A stretch of 64,000 nt of DNA, taken from assembly GCF_022842145.1 (NCBI RefSeq), contig NZ_JALHQD010000007.1, positions 84,441 to 148,440 on the forward strand, given 5' to 3'. Shown one piece after another: positions 45,172-52,714 of this stretch. The stretch's first letter is position 1, and the number at the start of each line of letters is the position of its first letter. The DNA is from Tabrizicola sp. (GTDB lineage Bacteria > Pseudomonadota > Alphaproteobacteria > Rhodobacterales > Rhodobacteraceae). Under the pieces are notes generated by a model. It was not told the origin of the DNA. It ran no database searches and was given only the letters and a program-made list of their open reading frames with translations. A program made the position numbers and the translations under genes.

Positions 45172-45960
45172 CTAGTGCCGGGTTTCGCTGATCAGGCCGG
45201 GTCGAACGCCCAGACCCATCGAAGCGTCGATCACCGCGCCATGCAGGACGGTCGATGCGGGGGAGCAGAGGAACGCCGCAAGGGTCGCAATTTCAGCAGG
45301 CTGGATCAGGCGGCCCTTGGGCAACCCCGCGACAAAGCGGGCGCGGTCTTCCGGGGCCATCTGGTTCAGGGTCGACTGGCGGAACATCTCGGTATCGGTG
45401 GCGCCGGGGCAAATGGCGAAGACGTCGACGGGCTGGTGGACAAGTTCCGCGGCCAGTTGCCGGGTCAGGTGGGCGACGGCGGATTTGCTCATCCCGTCGG
45501 CAAGCGAAAAGCCCGGGAAAGCCGCGATGCCGCCGCCGACCGACGAAAGGTTGACGATCTTGCGCGCCGCCCCGGTGGTGCCCTGCGCCGCCAAGAACCG
45601 CCGGCACATCGACAGCGTCCCGGTGGCGTTGATCGCCAGCATGACCCCATCGCGCTGGTCTTCGTCTTCGGTGAAGGCAGCGACGGTTGCCGTTCCGACA
45701 GCCGCGTTGTTGACCAGGGCATCGATCCCGCCATGGCGCGCGGCGACGTCGGCCACGCAGGCGGCCATGCTGGCCGAGGAACGCAGATCAAGCGGGTGCA
45801 GCGTGGCGCTTTGCCCGGCGAAGGCCGCCTCAAGCGGCTCGGGTGGTTCGATACCCGGCACATGGGTCAGCGCGACGGTCCAGCCGTCCTGCAGAAGTCG
45901 GTCGACGATGGCGCGCCCGATCCCGCGCGCGCCGCCGGTTACCAGGGCAATGCCGGTCAT
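45172..45960 (-). CDS. short-chain dehydrogenase/reductase family protein (atypical active site)
   Basis: TGGARGIGRAI cofactor motif and NNAAV. At the YxxxK position the sequence reads D-G-M-S-K (SLADGMSKSAV). Confidence 0.85.
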   Translation of the reverse strand: MTGIALVTGGARGIGRAIVDRLLQDGWTVALTHVPGIEPPEPLEAAFAGQSATLHPLDLRSSASMAACVADVAARHGGIDALVNNAAVGTATVAAFTEDEDQRDGVMLAINATGTLSMCRRFLAAQGTTGAARKIVNLSSVGGGIAAFPGFSLADGMSKSAVAHLTRQLAAELVHQPVDVFAICPGATDTEMFRQSTLNQMAPEDRARFVAGLPKGRLIQPAEIATLAAFLCSPASTVLHGAVIDASMGLGVRPGLISETRH

Positions 45961-46016
45961 GCGGTCTCCTGTCTTTGCGGAAAGGCTACCGCCTTACGCA
46001 AGATTGGGCCAGCGGA

Positions 46017-46967
46017 TCAGAAGATGGCATGGGCGCCACGGTCATCGTCAACCTCTCCACGCAGCATGGCGGCATAGTGATCCTCCAGCCGGTCCTTGCC
46101 GAATTCGGGCGTGGCATCGGCAGCATAGCGTCCTGTTGCGGGGTCCCACAGCAGCATGGACTGGGTCGCGTAATAGCGCCCGATGCGGGCAAGCTGTGCC
46201 TTGGCCTTCAGGCGCGGAGAAAAGGTGCCAAGCGCGGAAAGGAGGCCAACAATCCCATGCATCAGCGCGACGGGGACCCGCCGGATGCGAACAGGTCGGC
46301 CAGTCAGCCGCTCCAGCATCGCGGCCTGGTCCAGGGGTGTGATCGCTGGTCCCGATCCACCAAGCGGCAGAATGCGGTTGCGCATCATCGGGTCGGTCAG
46401 TGTCAGGGCAAGGAAGCGGCCCAGGTCGGCGTCCGAAATGGGCTTGCAGGCCGTAAGCGTGCCGTCGCCGAAGACGAGGAAGGGCTTTCCCTGCGCGACC
46501 CGCGGGACCTGACCGGAAAGGGATTTGAAGAAGGCCGTCGGACGGACGATGGTCCAGACGATTGGCGCAGCCTGGAGCTCGCTCTCGAAGGCAAGTTTGG
46601 CGTGCTGGAACGCAAGAAGCGGCTTTTGCACGCAGATCGCCGAGAGGAGGACGAAGTGACGAACGCCTCCGGCCACGGCGGCTTTCAAGGCCGCAGAGTT
46701 GGCAGCGTGGTCCACGGCCCAGGCGTCAGCGGGCGCCCCGGTCCGGCTGGCGAGGCAGGAGACGACGGCGTCGATGCCGGTCGTGGCGGAGGCCAGCGTG
46801 TCCGGCGTCAACGCGCCCTGGAGCACCCTGCAGCCGGGGAGAAGAGCGGCGTCGGCACCGGGTCGGATCAGGGCGGTGACGTGGTGCCCCTCGGCGCGCA
46901 AAGCCTGCGCGGTCGCCCGGCCAATGGTGCCGGTGCCGCCAAGGAGGAGGATGGAAAGTGGGCCCAT
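46017..46967 (-). CDS. bciA: BciA-like NAD(P)H-dependent divinyl (bacterio)chlorophyllide 8-vinyl reductase family protein
   Basis: LLLGGTGTIGRA...FVLLSAICVQKPLLAFQHAKLAFESEL...IVRPTAFFKSLSGQV...FGDGTLTACKPISDADL...IGRYYATQSMLLWDPATGRY...GKDRLEDHY closely parallels the plant DVR / Rhodobacter BciA sequences as I recall them. Confidence 0.7.
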   Translation of the reverse strand: MGPLSILLLGGTGTIGRATAQALRAEGHHVTALIRPGADAALLPGCRVLQGALTPDTLASATTGIDAVVSCLASRTGAPADAWAVDHAANSAALKAAVAGGVRHFVLLSAICVQKPLLAFQHAKLAFESELQAAPIVWTIVRPTAFFKSLSGQVPRVAQGKPFLVFGDGTLTACKPISDADLGRFLALTLTDPMMRNRILPLGGSGPAITPLDQAAMLERLTGRPVRIRRVPVALMHGIVGLLSALGTFSPRLKAKAQLARIGRYYATQSMLLWDPATGRYAADATPEFGKDRLEDHYAAMLRGEVDDDRGAHAIF

Positions 46968-46969
46968 AC

Positions 46970-46987
46970 TGTCAGTCTAGCATGACA
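46970..46987. promoter_or_regulatory. palindrome TGTCA-N8-TGACA abutting the bciA-like start codon
   Basis: Lies in the 48-nt hxlR-bciA gap. On the coding strand it reads TGTCATGCTAGACTGACAgtATG, with no SD sequence. TAGACT could be a -10 element. Confidence 0.3.
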
Positions 46988-47015
46988 CTTTTTCTTGGCC
47001 AGCCGTCTTTGCAAC

Positions 47016-47726
47016 CTATTCCGCCGCAGGCAGCATCCGGATGCCTTCGGCCTTGGCGTAGACCGACCGGGGCAGCCATTGGTCCATCGTCCGCATCAGG
47101 ACCGCGTCGCCAGTGACGAACAGCCGACCGGCATCAATCTCGCGCGCGATGGTCGATCGCCCAAGGAAAAGCGCATTCCACGATACTTTCGTCGTCTCGA
47201 CGTAAAGGTCGACGTCGACGTCCGGGATCTGGACGCAGACCTCGCATTGGGAGCCGGGGTCCGCAAGAAGCCACCAAGTCGGGTAGGCGCCGGGCTCGTC
47301 CACGAAGTGCAGGCGGATCACCACACGACGCGGCGGGAACTTCTCGGTCTGCACCGCCTTGCCCAAGAACCACATCATGCTGCCAAGGTCGCCGTCCGAC
47401 AGCGCCACCTCGGCATCGATATGGCGCTGTGCCCAGATCGACAGCGCGTCCATGACCGGCTCCAGGTCCAGTGCCATCTGGGTGCGGATATAGTCCACCG
47501 ATCCCTTGGCGCGATCCTCGACCCGCTCGACAAGGCCCGCCTTTTCCAGCTCGGCCAGCCGCTTGGACAGCACGCCGGGAGAGATGTTCCCGACCGCGCG
47601 GCGGATGTCGTTGAAGCGGGTATAACCGGACCAGATCTGGTTGAGGATCAGAAGTGTCCAGCGCGGTTCAAGAAGCTCGCACGCTTTGGAAAGGGCGCAG
47701 ATCGTTCCATAGGGCCTGGATGGCAT
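47016..47726 (-). CDS. HxlR-family winged-helix regulator with ~110-aa C-terminal extension
   Basis: CALSKACELLEPRWTLLILNQIWSGYTRFNDIRRAVGNISPGVLSKRLAELEKAGLVERV. ATG at 47726 preceded by AGGAGG. 236 aa, against roughly 120 for a plain HxlR. Confidence 0.85.
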   Translation of the reverse strand: MPSRPYGTICALSKACELLEPRWTLLILNQIWSGYTRFNDIRRAVGNISPGVLSKRLAELEKAGLVERVEDRAKGSVDYIRTQMALDLEPVMDALSIWAQRHIDAEVALSDGDLGSMMWFLGKAVQTEKFPPRRVVIRLHFVDEPGAYPTWWLLADPGSQCEVCVQIPDVDVDLYVETTKVSWNALFLGRSTIAREIDAGRLFVTGDAVLMRTMDQWLPRSVYAKAEGIRMLPAAE

Positions 47727-47874
47727 GGCATCGCCTCCTGTCTCGGAAAGTCTACAGGCCGGGGCCGGGGCGCGGCTAGTTCGAAAACCGTAGCAGGTCG
47801 CTCTGGTTGCTGCACTGGAGACGGCAGCCTCGGTTGGACAAGATCGGTGCAACGCAATCCAGGACAGGAGGTGC

Positions 47875-48132
47875 ATGATGGACCGGACGAAAGGAATGGC
47901 GCAGGGCGGACGGGGCGTGCTTTTTGCCCCGGTCATGCAGGCAATGGGCCTTGTCGCAGAGTGGCGACGCCGGCAGCAGATCCGCAAGGCCCACGGGCTG
48001 ACGTCGGAGGTGTTGCTGCGCGATATCGGACTGACGCCCGACGATCTGGTCGAGGCCCTCTCCCAGCCGCTGGACAGGGATGCCTCGGACAGGTTGGTCA
48101 GGGCGGCGGCAGAGCGGGCGGGGAACTGGTAG
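47875..48132 (+). CDS. DUF1127 domain small protein
   Basis: ...WRRRQQIRKAHGLTSEVLLRDIGLTPDDLVEAL is the DUF1127 core. The exact start is uncertain, as there are several in-frame Met codons. Confidence 0.7.
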   Translation: MMDRTKGMAQGGRGVLFAPVMQAMGLVAEWRRRQQIRKAHGLTSEVLLRDIGLTPDDLVEALSQPLDRDASDRLVRAAAERAGNW

Positions 48133-48194
48133 GCTTGCAGGATGTCCCCGTTGTGGCAGGATTGGCCCGTTGTGTTGTGTTGTGAGGTGTGGTG

Positions 48195-48968
48195 ATGGGT
48201 GCCTGGGGCGTTGCGCTGTTCTCGGACGACACTGCCTGCGATGTACGCGACGAATACCGCGCCGCGCTGACCGAGGGGTTGACGCCGGATGCCGCCCGCG
48301 ACCGTGTGCTTGACCGGTTTGCCGATGCTCTGGCTGATCCGGAGGAAGGGCCGGTGGTCCGGCTGGCGCTGGCGGCAACGGCCTGGAAGCTGGGCCGGCT
48401 GGATGCAGAGACGCGGGACCGTGCGCTGGAGGTGATCGCGCGGGGTGACGGGATGGATCGCTGGGCCGAGGCCGGCCTTGCCGCCAAACGTGCGACGGTG
48501 CTGGACAATCTGGCAGCAACGCTGCGCCAACCGCAGCAGGCCCCGGCCCCGATGAAGCCCAGGCGCGGTTTCGTCAGCGCCTGGGCCGTAGGAGAGATCC
48601 TGGGCTATCGGCAAGCGACCGGACTTTGGCTGGCACTGCATGTTGTCGGTCACAGCGATGGCGGGGCAGGGGTGTTTGCGGTGGTCAACCTGCTGGACTG
48701 GACCGGCGAGGCGGGTCCGCCGCCAGAGACCGAGCTTGCGCAGTCTGGCCCCGTCCTGTTTCCGCCAGAGTGGGACCTGTCGATGCCCAAGCACGCAGAC
48801 CTCTGCCTGCTGGTGACCCGGAAGATGGAGAAGGACTTCGCGCGCTGGAAATTTCACCGCACGCCGGCCCACCGTGGGCCGTTCGACACGCAATCCCTGT
48901 CCTATGTCGGTCCAGCACTGTTCGAACGTGACATCATCACGGCCTGGCGCTCGCGCTTGAGGACATGA
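48195..48968 (+). CDS. DUF4259-like protein with extra C-terminal domain
   Basis: MGAWGVALFSDDTACDVRDEY... resembles the DUF4259 N-terminus. GAGG sits 7 nt upstream of the ATG at 48195. Codon third positions are more T-rich than in neighbouring genes. Confidence 0.6.
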   Translation: MGAWGVALFSDDTACDVRDEYRAALTEGLTPDAARDRVLDRFADALADPEEGPVVRLALAATAWKLGRLDAETRDRALEVIARGDGMDRWAEAGLAAKRATVLDNLAATLRQPQQAPAPMKPRRGFVSAWAVGEILGYRQATGLWLALHVVGHSDGGAGVFAVVNLLDWTGEAGPPPETELAQSGPVLFPPEWDLSMPKHADLCLLVTRKMEKDFARWKFHRTPAHRGPFDTQSLSYVGPALFERDIITAWRSRLRT

Positions 48969-48970
48969 AA

Positions 48971-49001
48971 ACGCCCGGCCTTCACTGGAAAGACCGGGCG
49001 T
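48971..49001. terminator. hairpin between the convergent DUF4259-like gene and trxA
   Basis: ACGCCCGG-N15-CCGGGCGT, flanked by A-run and T-containing sequence. Confidence 0.5.
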
Positions 49002-49018
49002 CGCCATTCTGCGGCAGA

Positions 49019-49345
49019 TCAGATCGCCGACTTGATCCAGTTTTCGAGTGCGGCCTTCGGGGCCGCGCCGACCTTGTTCGACACGACCTGGCCGTCCTTA
49101 AACATGAACAGCGCCGGGATGCCGCGGACGCCAAGGACAGCGGGGCTGTCGGGGTTCTCGTCGACGTTGACCTTCACGATCTTGACCTGGCCCGCGTATT
49201 GCGTCGCCAGTTCCTCAAGCGCCGGGCCGATCTGGCGGCAGGGGCCGCACCATTCGGCCCAGAAATCCACGACGACCGGAATCGGCGACTTGCGGACTTC
49301 GGCATCGAAAGTGGCGTCGGTGACTGCGACGGTGGCAGCGCCCAT
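49019..49345 (-). CDS. trxA: thioredoxin
   Basis: [16 protein letters not shown]; 108 aa. Confidence 0.97.
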   Translation of the reverse strand: MGAATVAVTDATFDAEVRKSPIPVVVDFWAEWCGPCRQIGPALEELATQYAGQVKIVKVNVDENPDSPAVLGVRGIPALFMFKDGQVVSNKVGAAPKAALENWIKSAI

Positions 49346-49402
49346 GATCGTTCTCCTGCGGGATTTGTCGGCTTACGAAGGTAAGAAGCCGCGCGGCGAA
49401 CG

Positions 49403-52400
49403 TCAAGGTATCGTGGCACGCCCCAGTGCTGCCCTCACGATATCGGGACTGACCACCATCAGGCCGGGGGCACGCGTCCACAGGATCGCGGTTTCAATGC
49501 GGCGGTTCGGGTAGATCTGTCCCAGCATGTGGGCATAGGCACCCAGCTGGCGCAGGATGCCTTCCGGGGTCGCCTCGGGCCGGTCGGGGACCACGGCGTT
49601 CGACTTGTAGTCGATGATCAGTACGCGGTCGGGCATGACGACCAACCGATCGATGGTCCCCGCCAGCGTCCGGTCGCCCCAGGGGGCCGAAACGGCAACT
49701 TCGGTCAAGGTGTCAGGTCCGAAATGCGGTGACAGGGCCGGATGGTTCAGGACTTGCTGCGCCTGGGCCAGAGCATCATCGAGGTAGGGTGCCTCCAGAA
49801 GTGATGCGGCGAGCGCAGGCCAATCGGAGGCTGCGAAGGCAGGCAGTCGTTCCAGCAGCAGATGCAGCGCGGTGCCCCGCGCCTTGGCCTCGGCCTCGGG
49901 CCAGGCGGGTTCGCCGGGCAGGGCCTTTGCGCCGCCAAGGTCGGAGGGAGACAGGACCTGCGCCGGGCGGTTGGCCTCGGGCGCTGGAAGGCTGGCCCAT
50001 GTGGGCAGCGCAACGGCGGTCTCGGTTACTGTCGGGCGGGTTGCGGGCGGGGGCCAGTCGCCCGCCTGATGGCGCAGGATACCGCCCGTGCTGGGCACTG
50101 CCCCGGCAGCCTCGACCCCCTGCCGGATCAGGCTGTGCCAGCATTCCGACTGTTCGGTCTTGCCCGCCCCGGCGATCACCAGCCACGACCGCGCGCGGGT
50201 CATCGCGACGTACAAGAGCCGCAGCCGCTCCGCCGCGTCCCGCGCTTGGCGGGCGGCACGTTCGCTGGCGACGACGGGAGGGCTTTCCTCCTTTGCGACC
50301 TTCCAGACCGGCGGCCCATCTGGGATGCGGTAGATCTGGTCGCGGTCCTGCGGAGTGCGGTCGCAGGTGTCGGGCAGGATGACGATCTCGGCCTCCAGCC
50401 CCTTGGCGCCGTGGACGGTCATGACGCGAATGCGGTGGCCTTCCCCATCCAGCTGGCGCTTCACCTCGACCTCGTCCGTCTCCATCCAGGTCAGGAAACC
50501 CGTCAGGCTGGGGACTTCAGAGGTCTCGTAGGACAGGGCCTGACCCAGCAGTTCGTCGATCCCGTCCTCGGCTTCCGGTCCCAGCCGACCGATCAGCTTG
50601 CGGCGGCCGTCGTGGCGGTGAAGCACGCGTTCGATCAGGTCGTAGGGGCGCAAAAAGTCCGCCTGGCCGCGCATGTCGTTCAGGAAAGCCTTGGTCGCAT
50701 CATGTCCCGGATGGTCACGCAGCGCCTCCCACAGATAGCCGCGGCGCGGGTGGGCAAGGCGGAAAAGGTCGGTCTCGGTCCAGCCGCAGAGCGGCGAGCG
50801 GAGAACGGCCGCCAGCGACAGGTCATCCTCGGGGGTGTCGAGGAAGGCCAGCAGCGCGGTCAGGTCCTTGACCGCGAGCTCGCCGCCCAGCTTCAGCCGG
50901 TCGGCCCCGGCAATGGGCAGTTCCAGCGATTTGCAGGCGCGGATGATCTCGTGGAAAAGGTCGGAGCGGCGCTGCACCAGGATCAGAAAGTCGCCGAAGT
51001 GGATCGGGCGCGGGCCTTTCGCGGTGGGGATCTGCTCGCCCCCCGCCACCCGGTCGCGGATCCATTCGGAGATCCGGCGGGCGAGGACGACGTTCGGGTC
51101 TTCGGGGTGAGGGGTGTCGATGGGTTCGAACCAGGGGCCGGACTCTTCCTTGGCCTCCTTCTCGATCACCGGCCAGATGTCGACCCGGCCGGGCAGATGG
51201 TCGTTGAACGCAAGGTGATGCGAGCTGCCGCCAAGCGCCTGGGCCTGGGCCGGGGTGAAGGTCTGGTCGACCACATTCAGGATCGCGGGGGATGATCGGA
51301 AGGAATGCTCCAGCGCGCTGGACGCCAATCCCGGCCCACCGGCCAAGCGCGAATCGAAGTGCCCGCGCATCCGGTCGAAGGCGGCGACGTCGGCACCCTG
51401 GAAGGAATAGATCGACTGTTTCTTGTCGCCCACGACGAACAGGGTCCGGGGCCGGGTGTTGGCGCCTTCGCCCGCGATCAGTTCTGCCGCCAGCGCCTCG
51501 ACCAGCTGCCATTGCTCCGGGCTGGTGTCCTGCGCCTCGTCCACCAGGATATGGTCGATCCCGCCGTCCAGCCGGTACAGCACCCAGGCCGCCAGAGCCG
51601 GGTCGGTCAGCAGCGCCTTGGCGCGGGAGATCAGGTCGTCGAAGTCGAGCAAGCCCCGCGCGGCTTTGCGGCTCGCATACTCCGGCAGGAAGCAGGCCGC
51701 GAAACCGTGCAGCGCCAGGGTCTTCTCTGCGGCCATCAGAGCGACGCGTTTGGAACGCGCGGCTTCAACCCGCGCCATCAGGTTGTTGAGGGGGTCGATA
51801 AGCGCGCCCAGCAGTGGCTGGACCGGCTTGGTCGGGAAGCTGCCGATCTTGGCTGCGTAGTGCTTGGAGGCATCCGCACTGCCGCCCTTGTTCAGCAGGC
51901 AGTCCTCCAGCGCCATGAGGGTGGTGGAGTTGGGGATGCGCAGGTCCAGCGCCCGCAAGGTCTCGGCCGCCTTAGCGTCGGTTTTTGAACCGTTCGCCAG
52001 GATGCTGACCACGCCCGACATCCACACGGCCTCGTCGCCGAAGAAAACGTCCGCCAGGATGTCGCCAAGGGTAAAGCCCGTCGGCAGGCCGAAGATCGGC
52101 CAGATTTCGGCGGCGGTCAGCGTCTGGGTGAAGGCCGCGCGGTGGCTGGCAATCTGCTCGACGAGGGTGCCGAAATCTTCGCCATTCTGCACCTCGGTCA
52201 GGCGACGGACCACTGGGGCGGCGGGACCGTCGGCAAGTTCTTCGACGATCTCGGCGCGCATGTGTCTTGCGGCGCGGTCATCCATCTCGGCAAAGCCGGG
52301 GGGCACTCCGGCCTCAAGCGGGAAGCGGCGCAAGAGGCTGGCGCAGAAGCTGTGGATCGTCTGGATGCGCAACCCGCCGGGGGTCTCGATGGCGCGGGCA

Positions 52401-52714
52401 AAAAGCTGGCGGGCGCGTTGAAGGCGGCGTGGAGAGAAGTCGGCCTCGCCCAAGTCGCCAAGGGCGGCGCGCAAGTCGGCGTCGGGCTTCATCGCCCATT
52501 CGCCCAGCCGCTTGAACAGCCGGTTCTGCATCTCGGAGGCTGCGGCCTTGGTGTAGGTCAGGCAAAGAATGTGCTGCGGTTCGACGCCGGACAGCAAAAG
52601 CCGCGCCACGCGGTCGGTCAGGACGCGGGTCTTGCCGGACCCGGCATTGGCCGAAAGCCAGGTGTTGCGGGCGGGATCGGCGGCCTCGATCTGGCGCTGG
52701 GCGGCCGGGGTCAT
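49403..52714 (-). CDS. addA: double-strand break repair helicase AddA
   Basis: 1103 aa from the ATG at 52714 (MTPAAQRQIEAADP...). UvrD-type Walker A SANAGSGKTRVL and a C-terminal PD-(D/E)xK nuclease (IIDYKSN). The start overlaps the addB stop. Confidence 0.93.
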   Translation of the reverse strand: MTPAAQRQIEAADPARNTWLSANAGSGKTRVLTDRVARLLLSGVEPQHILCLTYTKAAASEMQNRLFKRLGEWAMKPDADLRAALGDLGEADFSPRRLQRARQLFARAIETPGGLRIQTIHSFCASLLRRFPLEAGVPPGFAEMDDRAARHMRAEIVEELADGPAAPVVRRLTEVQNGEDFGTLVEQIASHRAAFTQTLTAAEIWPIFGLPTGFTLGDILADVFFGDEAVWMSGVVSILANGSKTDAKAAETLRALDLRIPNSTTLMALEDCLLNKGGSADASKHYAAKIGSFPTKPVQPLLGALIDPLNNLMARVEAARSKRVALMAAEKTLALHGFAACFLPEYASRKAARGLLDFDDLISRAKALLTDPALAAWVLYRLDGGIDHILVDEAQDTSPEQWQLVEALAAELIAGEGANTRPRTLFVVGDKKQSIYSFQGADVAAFDRMRGHFDSRLAGGPGLASSALEHSFRSSPAILNVVDQTFTPAQAQALGGSSHHLAFNDHLPGRVDIWPVIEKEAKEESGPWFEPIDTPHPEDPNVVLARRISEWIRDRVAGGEQIPTAKGPRPIHFGDFLILVQRRSDLFHEIIRACKSLELPIAGADRLKLGGELAVKDLTALLAFLDTPEDDLSLAAVLRSPLCGWTETDLFRLAHPRRGYLWEALRDHPGHDATKAFLNDMRGQADFLRPYDLIERVLHRHDGRRKLIGRLGPEAEDGIDELLGQALSYETSEVPSLTGFLTWMETDEVEVKRQLDGEGHRIRVMTVHGAKGLEAEIVILPDTCDRTPQDRDQIYRIPDGPPVWKVAKEESPPVVASERAARQARDAAERLRLLYVAMTRARSWLVIAGAGKTEQSECWHSLIRQGVEAAGAVPSTGGILRHQAGDWPPPATRPTVTETAVALPTWASLPAPEANRPAQVLSPSDLGGAKALPGEPAWPEAEAKARGTALHLLLERLPAFAASDWPALAASLLEAPYLDDALAQAQQVLNHPALSPHFGPDTLTEVAVSAPWGDRTLAGTIDRLVVMPDRVLIIDYKSNAVVPDRPEATPEGILRQLGAYAHMLGQIYPNRRIETAILWTRAPGLMVVSPDIVRAALGRATIP

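Noticed and set aside
43777-46077. 766-aa plus-strand ORF spanning pnp, its leader, the SDR gene and beyond
   Set aside because: It crosses gene boundaries and non-coding DNA antisense to clear genes. It is an artefact of the low stop-codon frequency.
48133-48194. CcsR/cuckoo-type sRNA repeats downstream of the DUF1127 gene
   Set aside because: Those sRNAs carry CCUCCUCCC loops in tandem hairpins. The 62-nt spacer is GU-rich, has no such motif, and is too short.
47727-49007. N-terminal two-thirds of the 663-aa minus-strand ORF (47016-49007)
   Set aside because: Only the last 236 aa (HxlR, with AGGAGG-ATG at 47726) look real. The upstream part is antisense to the DUF1127 and DUF4259-like genes, which have proper SD sequences and recognisable motifs.
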